This document shows positions 12,106 through 25,639 of a DNA stretch of 64,000 bases, one piece after another. The stretch lies in NCBI RefSeq assembly GCF_009914755.1, contig NC_060927.1. One strand, written 5' to 3'. The stretch's first letter is position 1; each line of letters begins with the position of its first letter. The notes under the pieces were generated by a model. It searched no databases. It saw nothing but the letters and a program-made list of their open reading frames with translations, and had not been told where the DNA came from. The position numbers and the translations under genes were made by a program. This DNA is from the human T2T-CHM13v2.0 reference genome, Homo sapiens.

Positions 12106-12534
12106 TGTTAAAGCCAACTAAATATGGCCTGAGAAGGATTCCGTACTTCTATACTTGAGTCCTTGTGGATGAACTGTAACCTAGCTTAATAGTCAGATTG
12201 AAAACCTAACTTAGGAGTATGAGCCTGTAACAATCGCTAAGTCTTGGCCAATACCAGTGGCCATACTGCAACCATTCATACACTGCTGAGTGTTCAAACT
12301 GTGTTCAAATAAGGCAAACGCTAAGCTATCACCAATCCAGCCATTCTGTACCTCGCTTCCAATTTCTGTACATCATTTCCCTTTTTTTTTGGTTTATAAA
12401 TCTTCTTTCACTACATGGCTGTGCTGGAGTCTCTGTGAATCTGGTGTGATTCTGGGGGCTGCCCAATTCACGAATCGTCCATTGCTGAATTAAACTCCAT
12501 TAAATTTAATTCAGCTGATATTTTTCTTTCATCA
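12106..12534 (+). mobile_element. MER57 (MER57A/B-type) ERV1 solo LTR
   Basis: TG...CA termini ('tgttaaagccaactaaatatggcctgagaagg' to 'tttcatca'), 4-bp TSD aaac at 12102-12105 and 12535-12538, internal CCAAT boxes. Confidence 0.85.
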
Positions 12535-13721
12535 AAACAAAGAAAAATGTCTTAAGTAGCCAAAATAATTCAATTATTTTCAGTAGAAAAGAGACGTACA
12601 GGGAATGTACTGAGCCAAGTGGTGTAGATTTAGTTTGTACTATGCTATATTAATGTAGGCTCCACTCAGAACCAATATTAAGTACTAAATATTGTCAGAG
12701 ACAACATTATAAGCATATAAAGACAGACTTATACTCAAGAACATATTTTTAGACAAATATTCATACTGAAGCTACAATGCAAAAATACATAGGAAGAGAA
12801 TACATATATATTGTCTATTACTGTTATGGTTTAAAGTATTTAAATGTTTGTATTTATGTATAAAACATTTAGCTATATGTTTGCTTATGTACGTGTATTT
12901 ACAATGTTGTTTTAAAGACGACTAAAATGTTACATAACTTCTTGTTAACATAAATAGACTTCAGGGCTGATACTATTATTTAAAATGCAATTAAATATCT
13001 TTAAAATATTCAAACCATATAAAATGACTATGAATTAAAGCATTTGTGGAATCAAGGTTGGAAAACTAATATCTATTAGGATAAGGATTATTAAATATTT
13101 TGCATTTTTCTAGATTTTGATGAAGATATAAAGTGAGGCTAAAATTTAGTTTTGGGCTTATCAAGGCCTCCCCATTTCACTGTCTTTTAAGATGATGTGT
13201 ACTAAGAGAAAATGCTTGAATCATGTTGGTTGCTAATAAATGCAACACATTGAGAATAGCTGTTAGTGCCTTACTGAAAAATCCTTACTAAAAAATGCAG
13301 GCAGAGATGGAAAATATTCCTCTCTATTACTCTCAAAGCTTAAATTTCACCATACTTACCAGGCATGTAAAAAGTTAATCTTTAGCAAAGCAAATGTGCT
13401 TAAAATAGTCTATTGTTCTCAACAAGTTATAAACCTGGATTATAAAACTGTTAAACACTAGAGACACAAAACTCAAATACACTAATTCTTTGGCACAGTT
13501 TTTTTTCATTCTGTTACTTTCCTTTTATAAAAGCTCAGGTTTTATGACTGACGATTTAAAAAAAGAGAGAGAGAAATGGAATGCAAACTTCTATACAAAA
13601 AGCCAAGTGCTAAGAGCCATGTTTTAAAGCAGCATACACTATCTTTTAAATTACAGTTTTGGATTTGGCTGCTTTGTTGTAACAAAACACTTCATGTTCA
13701 AACATTTTATTAATATAATGT

Positions 13722-13983
13722 TTAGAAATATAATATTAATATATTATATTTAGACATATATTATTATATTTAGACATATAATATTAATATATTATATTTA
13801 GACATATAATATTAATATATTATAGTTAGACATATAATATTAATATATTATAGTTAGACATATAATATTAATATATTATAGTTAGACATATAATATTAAT
13901 ATATTATAGTTAGACATATAATATTAATATATTATAGTTAGACATATAATATTAATATATTAGTTAGACATATAATATTAATA
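13722..13983. repeat. AT-rich minisatellite, 28-bp unit ttagacatataatattaatatattata(g/t), about 9.5 copies
   Basis: Read directly; includes one 20-bp and one 26-bp variant unit. Confidence 0.95.
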
Positions 13984-14114
13984 AATATTACTAATTATAT
14001 TGATATACAGAATAAAAGAAAAACTAACTCAAGGAATATGCTAAAATGTCCTTTAAAGCTAAATTTTCTTAGACCCCCCCAGACTACTACTGATAGAAAA
14101 TAACAAGAGTGGAA

Positions 14115-14290
14115 TATATTCTCAACATCATCACAGCCCTGAAAAGTTGCTATTTTTACCTCACTTTACAGACAGGCAACCTCAAGCCCAGGGACATTGA
14201 GGTCTGCTGGAATTTGATTTTCTTTTCTTTTCTTTTCTTTTTTGAATCCAGATCTTCTGATCCCAAGTCTTTTTCTTTTCCTACTTCTAC
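14115..14290 (-). mobile_element. MIR fragment
   Basis: 'tatttttacctcactttacagacaggcaacctcaagcccaggg...tgaatccagatcttctgatccc'. Confidence 0.65.
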
Positions 14291-14594
14291 AAAATTGTTT
14301 CAACAGATGACCATATCCCAATTTAAAAGAAAATAAGGAGATAATTTACAGAAATATAGACAAATTAGGAAAGGATTGAATTATTCATTTCTCACAAAGG
14401 ATTTACCCCCAGATTAAGTTATCAGCTCCTATAACTCCTCTAGAGGCCAAAACTTGTCCTCAGTATTTGAGAAAACTTTCTGTAAATATGAAGTAGCTTT
14501 GTAGATAGAGCCAAGCTTGGCGAGTGATCAAATTTATGTGTGCTTCAGTTGCAGTATATTGAAAAAAAAGGTTTTAAGTGTGTCTATAATGGAG

Positions 14595-15310
14595 AAAGGG
14601 ACGTAAACAACTATAAACATGGACACAAATATTTGAAGCCACAATTTTAGGCACTAGACAACAGTCCACGGCTGTGATCCTTGAGAGGAGGAAGACACAG
14701 GAGATAAGCTTTATGTTTACCTTGGCTTTTTGCCTTGGGGCACTTTTCAAATTGCAACCTGGGGAAGTGGAACCCAGAGAGCAGCTGGGTGAAGAAAACT
14801 GAGACCTGATTTTTGGGTGGCAGATATGGTAGGAATTTGTGGAGCAAAGTATTAGAGAGGAAGCTGCACAAGAAAAGAACTCTAGAAACATGTATAGGGG
14901 GTTTCTTGAGCCTTTAGACAAATATTAAGAAAATCATATGTGAGACCTACCCCAAACAGCTATTCTGTGAGCAGAAAAGGGTGTTTGAGGGCTACAAAAG
15001 GTCAGATGTTGGAGTTCCAACCAGCCAAGGAAAAGAGACGTTGCTGAACACTCTCAAGATTCAGCTGAGACTCCAAAAAAAAGGCAATGCCTTAGAAGGA
15101 CTACTCTAATCCTAAAATAAAGATCACTCTAGATTTGCCCTAAGAGAATCTAAAACCAGGCCTCCACTATTTCCAGCTGATCTGCCAGAAAATTAAATGC
15201 CTGCCAGAACAAAACTCATTACTCTTTAAAGGAAGACAATGACATCTAAAGTTTTAACATTGTTACACTACAGTGTCCACCATAAAATAAAAAATTACTA
15301 CATATGTGAT
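14595..15310 (+). mobile_element. Old L1 (L1M/L1MD/L1ME type) 5' region
   Basis: 'gctgtgatccttgagagg', 'tgcctgccagaacaaaactc', 'aataaaaaattactacatatg' are typical of L1M 5' and pre-ORF1 regions. Confidence 0.6.
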
Positions 15311-15327
15311 CTGGCTGACATCTAAAG

Positions 15328-16060
15328 TGAATAGCTGCTGTTTCTGCCTGCCCAAAATATCTGTCTCATACTTTTTTTTCTTTTTGAGACAGGGTCTCAC
15401 TCTGTCACTTAGGCTACAGTGCAGTGGCATGATGGCGGCTCACTGTAGCTTTGGCCTCCTAGACTCAAGCAATCCTCTCCCCTCAGCCTCCCAGGTAGCT
15501 GGGACCATAGGTGTACACCACCACACTTCGCTAATTTATTTTTTATTTTAATTTTTGTAGAGATGGGTCTTACTTTGTTGCCCAGGCTGGTTTTGATCTC
15601 CTGGGCTCAAGTGATCCTCCTGCCTCGGCCTCCCTGTCTCCTACTTTTAAGAACACAAATTCATAGCAAGAGAATCTTTCTGTCCCCCAGGGAGCACATT
15701 CCATTTGGTTCAGCCAGGGCCCATTCTTACTAGTGGCCAAGTGACCAAAGGAAATAGGATGTCCTATTTCTTGGACACAGGGAGGGGCACATGACCCAAG
15801 TTGGGCCAGTGACTGTCCTCTTTGGCATATGTCTATAAAAATGTTGTCATTCAAGCTAAGTGATGTAAGGGTGAGGGGGCTGATGGCATTATGTGTACTA
15901 CAGGAAGTGAGTCTGTTCTAGGGATGGGGAAATAGAGATGTGGCTGTGGTGATTTCATTTGTGCCCTTGGATTTAGCTCTGTCAAAAGGATTTTGCAAAC
16001 CTGATATGGTGAAATTCAGAAGTGTTTTAGTTCTGGATTATTAACAACAATAGTTCTGAT
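15328..16060 (+). mobile_element. Old MaLR LTR (MLT1J/K/L-like), interrupted by AluJ
   Basis: 'ctgtttctgcctgccc', 'ggggcacatgacccaagttgggccag', 'cccttggatttagctctg'. Confidence 0.55.
15376..15633 (-). mobile_element. AluJ, 5'-truncated
   Basis: AluJ diagnostics 'gagacagggtctcactctgtc' and 'ctcctgggctcaagtgatcctcc'; TSD ctgtctc(a/c)tactttt at 15361 and 15634, followed by AA (TTTT/AA). Confidence 0.92.
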
Positions 16061-16154
16061 AGAGCCTTAGATGCTCAAGTTAGCACACATGCTACACTGT
16101 GACCCACAATGTAACTTTCTAGTGAGAGAGTCAACATTTGATAGCTGAAAATTG

Positions 16155-16282
16155 ATAGTCCTGGCTCCTTGTTAAAAAGCTGTGTCTTGGGCCAATCTCT
16201 TACCTTCCCTCCTCCTCCCTGTACACTGAGAAGAGAGACCTTCTAGGGCTCTTTCTAGTGGCAAAATTCCATGAGTCTATGA
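16155..16282 (+). mobile_element. MIR3-like fragment
   Basis: 'gctgtgtcttgggccaatctctta...ctagggctctttctagtggcaaaattccatgagtctatga'. Confidence 0.6.
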
Positions 16283-17404
16283 AATAAGGGACTTTCCACA
16301 GTCAGCTAGATAACAGGTTTAATGGTAATTTACAAAAGTGACTTATTCAAGGCAACAAAGAAAAGGTGTAAAATGAGAGATACAGGAATCCAGTGGCAAA
16401 GCTTAAAGAAAAAGCTCATATAGCCTCTCAATGTCCCAATTTGCTGATTCTTTGACCAATTTTTCTCCTTTTGTTTGCAAGGTTGAATTAGACCAATTCT
16501 ATCCTCCAGTAATTTGGGCTCCTGAGAAATTCACTGTGAGTGAGGCAGAAACTGAATCAGGCAGGGGCATTATTGTTTTCTCTCAGCCCAGCTGTCTCTT
16601 AAAGGTTTAGAAAAAAAATCACACTTTTCCAGTTCCCACTTTCTAATGTGTAAAATTACTCATGATTATTTAAGATTGATATGACATATAAAAATAAGAA
16701 AAGATTGTTTGTGCAGGTATTTGGATAAATGTAGTAAAATTATATTTGCTCATCATCTCTGCACTTGTTAGGATCACCAGAAACGCTAATAAATCTAATC
16801 CTTTAAATCTAATGGTATTTACTGATTTGTCTTAATGAAAACATGCTCAGTGGGATATTCCTACTGTATTTGCAAAGAGACTATGTTACCTATCTCTTAG
16901 CCTTGTGATCACGGTGATCATGGAAAGGCTAGTTCTTAGAAGTGAGAAATGGAAATATGAATAAAGATAAATCCTAGTGACCTATAAAAACACTGTTATC
17001 TGTTTCCTGCCATGACGGTGCTCAAGGTTGGGTGTATATAGGCCATTGAGCCTTTCCTCTTTAGAAGGGGAGCAGTTGAGAAAGGCTTCAGGGAGACACA
17101 TGGGAGATGCCACAGACAGGAAATATATGAACTGAGAATTTCCAACTAAAAAGCTCATTAATAAACATGTATGAATTATTTTCTATTCATAAATACTATT
17201 CTAGGAAACTAACGTTATTAATAAAAATTTTACTCTATCAATTTTATTCTCATGTATCTTTTGATAAAGAATATTAGGGAGAAATCTAGAAATATATATA
17301 AGCATAAAGAAAACAAAATATTCCAAAATCCAGCAACTCAAATATAACTGTCTTAACAATTAGGTACATACTTTTCCAGTTTTTAAAAAAATGCCAGCAC
17401 CATT

Positions 17405-17550
17405 TGAAAGCATTTTATAATCATCATCTCATTTAACCCTTATAGCAACTCAATGAGGAAGTTATTCATATTTTTCCCACTTTATTAGATGAGAGTCGCA
17501 CAGCCCTGCCTAATTTCAAAGACTGTGCATTTAAGCACTAAACCGCCTTC
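17405..17550 (-). mobile_element. MIR fragment
   Basis: 'catcatctcatttaacccttatagcaactcaatgagg...cccactttattagatgag'. Confidence 0.65.
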
Positions 17551-18134
17551 GATGCATATATGTAAATATATAAATTCTATGTACATATACATATTCATAG
17601 ATGCATTTATGTGCTCATTTCTACATTCCTATAAGCACAAATTTGTATAACTGTACCCTAAATGTTATAACTATATATAGTAATTTATAATTTATATTTC
17701 TCACAACATATCAAGCAAAGGTTTCCAATTAGGTCACAGGAAGCCACAGACTGAGAGATAGGAAAGGTCAACTGCTATTTGTTAGCTGTTGAGCTCCCAT
17801 AAGGGAGAGTCAAGGGTACAAAATCTTGAGACGAACATTGTCTGACATGGAAAAGGACCCATGTCTCAAGCCAAGAGAAACTCCTAAGTCTGCTCAAAGT
17901 AGAAAAGTTTTTGAGCTATAATAGAATGTGTTTGGGTGTTTGTTTATTATTCGTGTTGTCTGAGCCACTTTCCCCCTTTTAGGAGTGGAAGGGACTATAA
18001 GGGAAGTCCCTATTCAGCATGAGGATTCTGTAACAAGTCCCTAAAATTGAGAAAGGTACTCGGCAAGTAGATTTGAGATCCCTACTCAGCCCCATAGAGC
18101 TGAGCATAGTCAATGAATGTTTTATAAAAGTGAT

Positions 18135-19065
18135 GCGTGACACCTAAGCTTCATCTACAACTCTACAAGTGACAAATCAACTTAGATCCTCACTACTACA
18201 ACTCAACAGTTCACAGCAAACTAATTCTTGTTCTCTTTAAACCCTGTTACTTCCAGGTTCCCCCCTTATCCCCTTTCAAAAATCATTGTTACCACCACTA
18301 TTGCAATCTATCTGGCAGAAAAATTTGGACCTACCTCTTACTCTCCCTTCTTCATTCCTCCCTCCTCTCCTCATGTAGTAACTTTACACATTCTTCCTTT
18401 TTGGTATTCTGGCATTGGTTCCTTCCTTTATATGCCCATTGCCTTGGCCCTGGTCAATGTTCTTATGATGTTCTTATAAATATTGTCATCATTTTACTAT
18501 GAGCAGCATTAAGAAGGAAATAGGCCACTATTAATAATTGTTCTGGAACAACAGGTTTAAACTTGATTGTCCTGGCACACTAGATGTATGTTTACCTACT
18601 TATGCAACCCCATCATCCTCTTTCTCCCTCTCTTCATTTTTCCTGCATACTACTGCCACATCCTTAAACATAAAGTGTAAGCTTCCTGCTAAGGTTTTTG
18701 TTAAAATCAAATCCAGGCTTTATACTGCATTCAGAATAACTTCCAGATTTCTCAGTCAGGCCTTTATAATTTGGTGCCTCCTTAACCCTCTCAGTTTTTC
18801 TTCTGTGACTCTTTTCCATGACCCTGCCATTTCAATTAATTGTGATACTCAGCGTTCCTTAAACATACCAGGTATACTCCATTCACTACTTCTTTGATTG
18901 TACCCTTCCCCCTCCTCTCCACCAGAGAATTCCTATCCCTTTCAAGTCCATCCACTTTTCACAACAGCCCTAAATGCTTAACCATACTGCCCTATGAACA
19001 CATATTCTACTATTTTAGTGCTCAGAATATATCATTCTATTCTTTACTTTTGTCTCTGTGTATCT
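18135..19065 (+). mobile_element. L2 LINE (old, pyrimidine-rich 3' region)
   Basis: 'gcattcagaataacttccagatttctcag', 'gttccttaaacatacc' and other L2 3'-region motifs. Confidence 0.6.
18490..18600. mobile_element. MER94-like (hAT-Blackjack) insert within L2
   Basis: 'cactattaataattgttctggaacaacaggtttaaacttgattgtcctggcacactagatgtatg'. Confidence 0.6.
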
Positions 19066-19084
19066 CATCTAGACAAATAAGAAT

Positions 19085-19249
19085 AAGAACAACTTATACC
19101 TAGAAAGAACTGTACAGTACACAAAGCACTTTCTAATACATTATCTGACTTGATCCTGAAAAACAGAAGGTAGCAATTACTTCTTCCAGTTTTACAGATA
19201 AGAAGACTGAATCCAAAAGGCTAAAAGATATTGCCAAGGTCACACGGTC
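19085..19249 (-). mobile_element. MIR SINE
   Basis: 'ccagttttacagataagaagactgaatcc...ttgccaaggtcacac'. Confidence 0.75.
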
Positions 19250-19264
19250 AAAATTTCCTTTGCT

Positions 19265-20660
<1,396 letters not shown>

Positions 20661-20819
20661 TAAATTCTAAATACAAAGCGTCATTAGGAAAAAAAATAAA
20701 ATAAAGTTGGTAAATTTTGTTAAATGCCTTTTTGGTATCTAATGCATCTATGCAGGTGACTGTATATTTTTTCTTCTTTTGCTAGTCAAAGGATTAATAT
20801 TCTTAATAAATAAATATTT

Positions 20820-21090
20820 TACAAATAAGGAAAAATATCATTAAACGAATGGATAAAGATTATGAACAAGACTGGTAAACATTAACAACTATGTTAAAGT
20901 TATCGATGGAATAGGAAACCAAGCAATCTCAAATTTGGTTAAAAGGATTATAGCACATTTGTACCATGAAACACAAGGAGCTCATTAAAAAGGCATTATT
21001 GAAAGGGGGAGGGAATCTTCAAAATATACTATTAAGAGGAAAAATGTAAGGTCAGAAAAAGTGTAGAAAAAATCCACATAGATTAAGAAA
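20820..21090 (+). mobile_element. L1ME 3' fragment
   Basis: 'gaatggataaagattatgaacaag', 'ggttaaaaggattatagcacatttgtaccatgaaa'. Confidence 0.5.
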
Positions 21091-21114
21091 CAGAAAAACA
21101 GAGAGAAGCCATCT

Positions 21115-21675
21115 ATATCCTTATCATCTCTTTCCAATCATTACTAAATAATGTGTGCTTCATTTTCCAAAAGACTGAAATTCACCCATTTTTCTCCAAA
21201 CACATGCTAGTCCAAGCTACTTTCACGCTAGTCCAAACTGCCTTCATTTTTCCCCTTTCACTTCTGCAACAGCCTCCCACCTGAATTCCAGCACAGCACT
21301 TCTCCCCTTCTATCCAGTCTACACTCTAACCATTCCAGGCACCCTCAGTTCCTTGAATGAGCTATGGTCCTGCTGGCACAGGGTCTTCTGCATACTTTCT
21401 TGCCTCTATCCGGAACATTCCCCTCTAGTCTAACTCAGTCTTCCATTCTTCCTTCAGATTTCAGCACAATCATCCCTTCCTCAGAGAAACTCACGTACTC
21501 TTTTATGTTGTACTTAATTTATAATTATACATTTACTTGTTTGCGATTAATATCTATTTCCTTTTGCCAGACTATAAGCTCTAGGAAAGTTGGTAATATG
21601 TGTTTTTGCTTAATATTGAATCTTCAACAAAGTACCCGGCTCAGAAGACAAACAAACAAACAAACAAACAAACAT
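21115..21675 (+). mobile_element. L2 3' end with (CAAA)n tail
   Basis: 'gcaacagcctcc', 'cagggtcttctgcatac', 'ccagactataagctctaggaa'; (CAAA)n at 21649-21673. Confidence 0.75.
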
Positions 21676-21718
21676 TTCAATGTCTCTTTCCCCATTTATC
21701 TAACTATTTACCTGTTTG

Positions 21719-21760
21719 TCCATCCCTCATCCATTCATCCATCCATATATCCATCCATTC
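21719..21760. repeat. (CCAT)n degenerate microsatellite
   Basis: tccatccctcatccattcatccatccatatatccatccattc. Confidence 0.8.
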
Positions 21761-23239
21761 TTTAGCTGTATTAAAAATATCTGGAAGAAAACATTAGCCA
21801 TTATTAATATCTAGGGATTGGGGCTGAGGGAAGAAATGGGGGTGGGCAGATACTTGCTCTTTATTTTAAATATGTGTATTTATTTGCACATTTATTAATA
21901 GTAGGTACACTGAATAATTAAAAAATAATTCATATAACAAAACTACTACTTTCTTGTTGATGACACGAAATCAAGTATATCTTAAAAATGTCTTCAGTCT
22001 ACAAAGGTAATTAGTAGTATCTTCATATCCTGTCACTAGGACTATAATCATGTCTCTGAGGGACCTGCATACTAACACAATTCTCTTTTCTTGACAACTC
22101 AATTCAGTTCTATTTCAAGTATAAATAGATCTTCTAATAAGCATTCTTCTGCGTGTTTGTATACTCATGCAAAGACATCTTTTTTCTCATTAAAGGTGTT
22201 AGAAAATTTCCCTAGGAAATTCAGTCACGTTGTCAAAGTCTTTTCACAGAAAGGAACAATGTGTAGGAAACAGATTCTCTTGATTTTGATTAATGAACAA
22301 AGGAAGCTCTAACTTAATTTGCCTTAAAGCACCTTTTCTTGATGGAACTACTAGCTCCTACCAACAATTCAAGATGGTAAATTCTCAGCAATTAGGAAAG
22401 AATTCTTGAAATTAATAACTTAAGGGATCTTTCCTGGTCTCGATTTCTACTTAACTTACCGGCTAGTATCTTTTGGTTACCTTTTTAGTTTGGAGAATTA
22501 ACACAGCAGCAATATGGGCCATACCAGGTCTTTCCACCTTTATACATGGCTACTGTATATCCTTTTACTCATCAGATTTGGTTGAAGAAATGGGCCTCAG
22601 ACTTCTAATTTTGGTTTCTAAACAGGGCAAGTCTGGATTTAGAATACAACCACAGAATACCTCTGCAGAATGAGCCCTGTACATTAAAAGGAAAACTGGG
22701 CCTTTTGGTATTGTTTTCAAGTTCTCTAAATTGTTATATAAGGGAGACGATCTTATCTAACCATTTATCAAATTCTGCATTCTTATGTGTAGGATACTGT
22801 TACAACTTTAAGAACTTCTGGAGACGAAGACGAGCCATGAAGTGTTATAAGAAATCATTCACAGCAAAGAAATCTCATTCAGATAACATCTAGCAGAACA
22901 CTTGGGGGTGGAGCAATGGTGAAAGGAGGATAAAATTTAGTAGGGATTTGATTGTGTGAAAATCTATGACCACCTTTAGAGGATAGACATCCATAAAATC
23001 ATTCACCCTCAGTATAATTTCCACCCTTAGTATAATTTACCATTAGTTTAATTAGAATGTGCCACTTCTAATTGCAAAAGTCCAAGGATTAGTCACTTGA
23101 ATAGGAAGAGTTCTTATACAAGGGACCTCTGGAAAAAAGTCAAGATTACTTCTTAGTACTGTAGCACACTCCAATAAATACATTTCAGAATTTATTGATA
23201 TGGAAACATTGTACTTAAAATCCATGCACCCCTGACCTA

Positions 23240-23435
23240 TGTCAGAATAGGGGTTACATTTGGAAAGAGATATTGACTGTGAAGAGGCATAAAGGAGGTA
23301 GCCTCCTGGGTTTTGGAAATGCTCTAAATTTTATCTGGCTTATGGCTCCACAGGTACACACCCATGGGAAAAGTCATTGAGCCACAGATTGATGACTTGT
23401 GCACTGCATGAATATACTACTTCAATTAAAACAAA
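23240..23435 (+). mobile_element. L1ME/L1MD 3' terminus
   Basis: 'gtcagaataggggttac...ggaaatgctctaaattttatctgg...cattgagcc...ttgtgcactg...tacttcaattaaaa'. Confidence 0.7.
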
Positions 23436-23830
23436 ATTTAAGTAAAAGTATAATGGTTTTCTGAGAAAGAAGGTTAGGGAACTCTGCATTGAAGAAAGTA
23501 TTTTTAATAAGAAAAACAATGCAATCTGATTGTCATTTCTAAGGTCTAATAAAATTTTATGATATAATAAGAATTCCATTACAAATAATGTTTTGCAGAT
23601 GTCCTAAAGATGGGGCCCCATTAATAGCAGCAGGAGAATGAGAATGTCATTTGAAATGCTCAATTTTATTAATGATCAAATACAGACAACTGGCCATCAG
23701 CCTGCTACTTGGGAGAATAAACTACTTTGAAAATTTTTATAACAGAAATTTCTTTCCAACCTCCACTAATATTTAAAGGAGCACCAAAATTATTAAAGCA
23801 TTGCCAGAGAAAATCAACTACACTGCAATT

Positions 23831-23834
23831 CACA

Positions 23835-23867
<33 letters not shown>

Positions 23868-23871
23868 GCAC
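23831..23871. repeat. (CA)n microsatellite, about 18 units with one interruption
   Basis: Read directly. Confidence 0.95.
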
Positions 23872-24479
23872 GGCATTTGTGCATGCTGAAGGAGCAAGGA
23901 GCAGCTGGATGTGTTGTCACACTCTCTAAGTGTTGGGGAATTGCTCCCTCCTTTTCCACCCAGCATAATCTGCCTTTAAATCCTTGAGAGTTTGGACTAC
24001 ATATTGTAAACATGGATCCTACAATTACATTATCATTAGAGTACAGGTAGTAATGCACACTCACTCTAGCAACTAAGAACTAAATAATATCAGATGATGG
24101 CTTAACAAATAAAAGCATAAACCCAGAAGCCAACAAATGACTGAGACAACTGGAACTACCTGAGTTCATTACCATCAATGGGAAGGCAGGTCTGTGTTCC
24201 CAAATGGAACTGGCCTATAGAGCTTCTAGAAAATTTCCAGATAAATCATCACGCATGAATCCTGCCCTTTTCCTGGAACATTTTGCCCAATCTTAAATAT
24301 CAACTCCTACCCTAAACTGAAAGTTCACATACTTCATTTCACAGACCATAGCCACAGTGGCAGGTTACTTCATGTGAAATGACAGGATGTACAATATGAC
24401 TTTCTTAAAAATTACTTCTTTTATCCTCTATTTAAATGTGTACTTTCATACTTGTCAGCCTACATAGTGTTTCTTCAAT

Positions 24480-25100
24480 AACCTCAACTCGAATCCAGCC
24501 AAATCCAGCATCCACCTAAACTTCCAAGGAGGAGGTTCCAGAGTCTCTTCTAGACAGAGCCTCCTGAGGCCCACGCCTCCTTTTCCACAGTCTGAATCTG
24601 AGCTCCTGCTCTCTCTACATGACATCTTTACCTTCATCTTGCATTCTCAATATCACAGACAAAAACCCAAGCCAAGGCAACAATCAAATTGTCTTCTATT
24701 TCTTTCTACTTGCCCTGTTCTTACCCTGCTTGCAAAGTGCCTCCCCAATATTTAGGGGCCTGCTCCTCTCTGCCCAACCACCTCTAGTCCCTCTATTTAC
24801 CTGTCTACCCTTCACAGCCAGAGTTGCTGTTTCAAAATACAGATATTACCACTTGTTTGCTTACAACCTTCTATGGCTCCCCATTTCACAAGGAATAAAA
24901 ACCCCAACCCCTTAGCTTGGTATTTAAGGCCATCTGCAAGGAAACTACGGTCTAACTTTCCAAAGTTAACCTTCACACCATGCTTTTCACCTCTCTACCT
25001 TACGTTTTAGTCATATCTCCCATATTTCCTCAAACTCAAAACATCATCATACCTTGGCAAAAACAGTTCCCTTCAGTTTGAATGCTCTCCTCTCCCATGC
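24480..25100 (+). mobile_element. L2 fragments
   Basis: 'cacagccagagttgctgtttcaaaatacaga', 'gcttacaaccttctatggctccccattt', 'gaataaaaacccc'. Confidence 0.7.
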
Positions 25101-25121
25101 ATATTTCAACATCGATTTCAA

Positions 25122-25392
25122 GTGAGAAACAGTATAATTTTGTGATAAGACACCAGAATTTGGCTTCAGGCAACCTGGTTCAAATCCAAGGGCTACCATT
25201 TTCTTGTCATCAAATCTTAAGCAAGGTGCTTAAACCTGAACAGAAAGCCTCAGTTTCTTCATATCTATACAAAGAGGAAGATAACAGCCTCTATATTGCA
25301 GGGTTGTGGAGAGAACTAAATGAGTTAAAGCACAGAAAGCACTTAACACAGCCCTTTGTACTTATTAGGCATTCATATTAGCTATTATTGTT
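25122..25392 (+). mobile_element. MIR SINE, near full length
   Basis: 'cctggttcaaatcc...gcaaggtgcttaa...gcctcagtttcttcatatct...aaatgagttaaagcacagaaagcacttaacacag'. Confidence 0.85.
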
Positions 25393-25639
25393 ATGGACCT
25401 TCAAGTCATCATCATTATTATCCACCTCAAGATTTTTCTGCCACATCAATTGGAATTAATACCTTTCTTCTCTTATCCTCTCTCCAGCATGCTCTCCATG
25501 GCTCTACATATAATAATTGTCAAACTGTGACACATATGATAGTTATTTATGGCTGCCTTACTTCACAGGGAGGAATATATTCCATAAACAGTTGTTGGCA
25601 CAAAACCACATCTTAATCATCAGCAGTGATGGTTGTCTA

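Noticed and set aside
13352-13365. U1 snRNA pseudogene (atacttaccagg resembles the U1 5' end ATACTTACCTGG)
   Set aside because: Similarity stops after about 12 nt. It is better read as a minus-strand splice donor.
13722-13983. 28-bp repeat as a CRISPR array
   Set aside because: Units are directly head-to-tail with no unique spacers, and the context is eukaryotic.
23705-24064. 119-aa and 86-aa ORFs
   Set aside because: They stay open because they cross the (CA)n repeat (CVCVCV / THTHTH).
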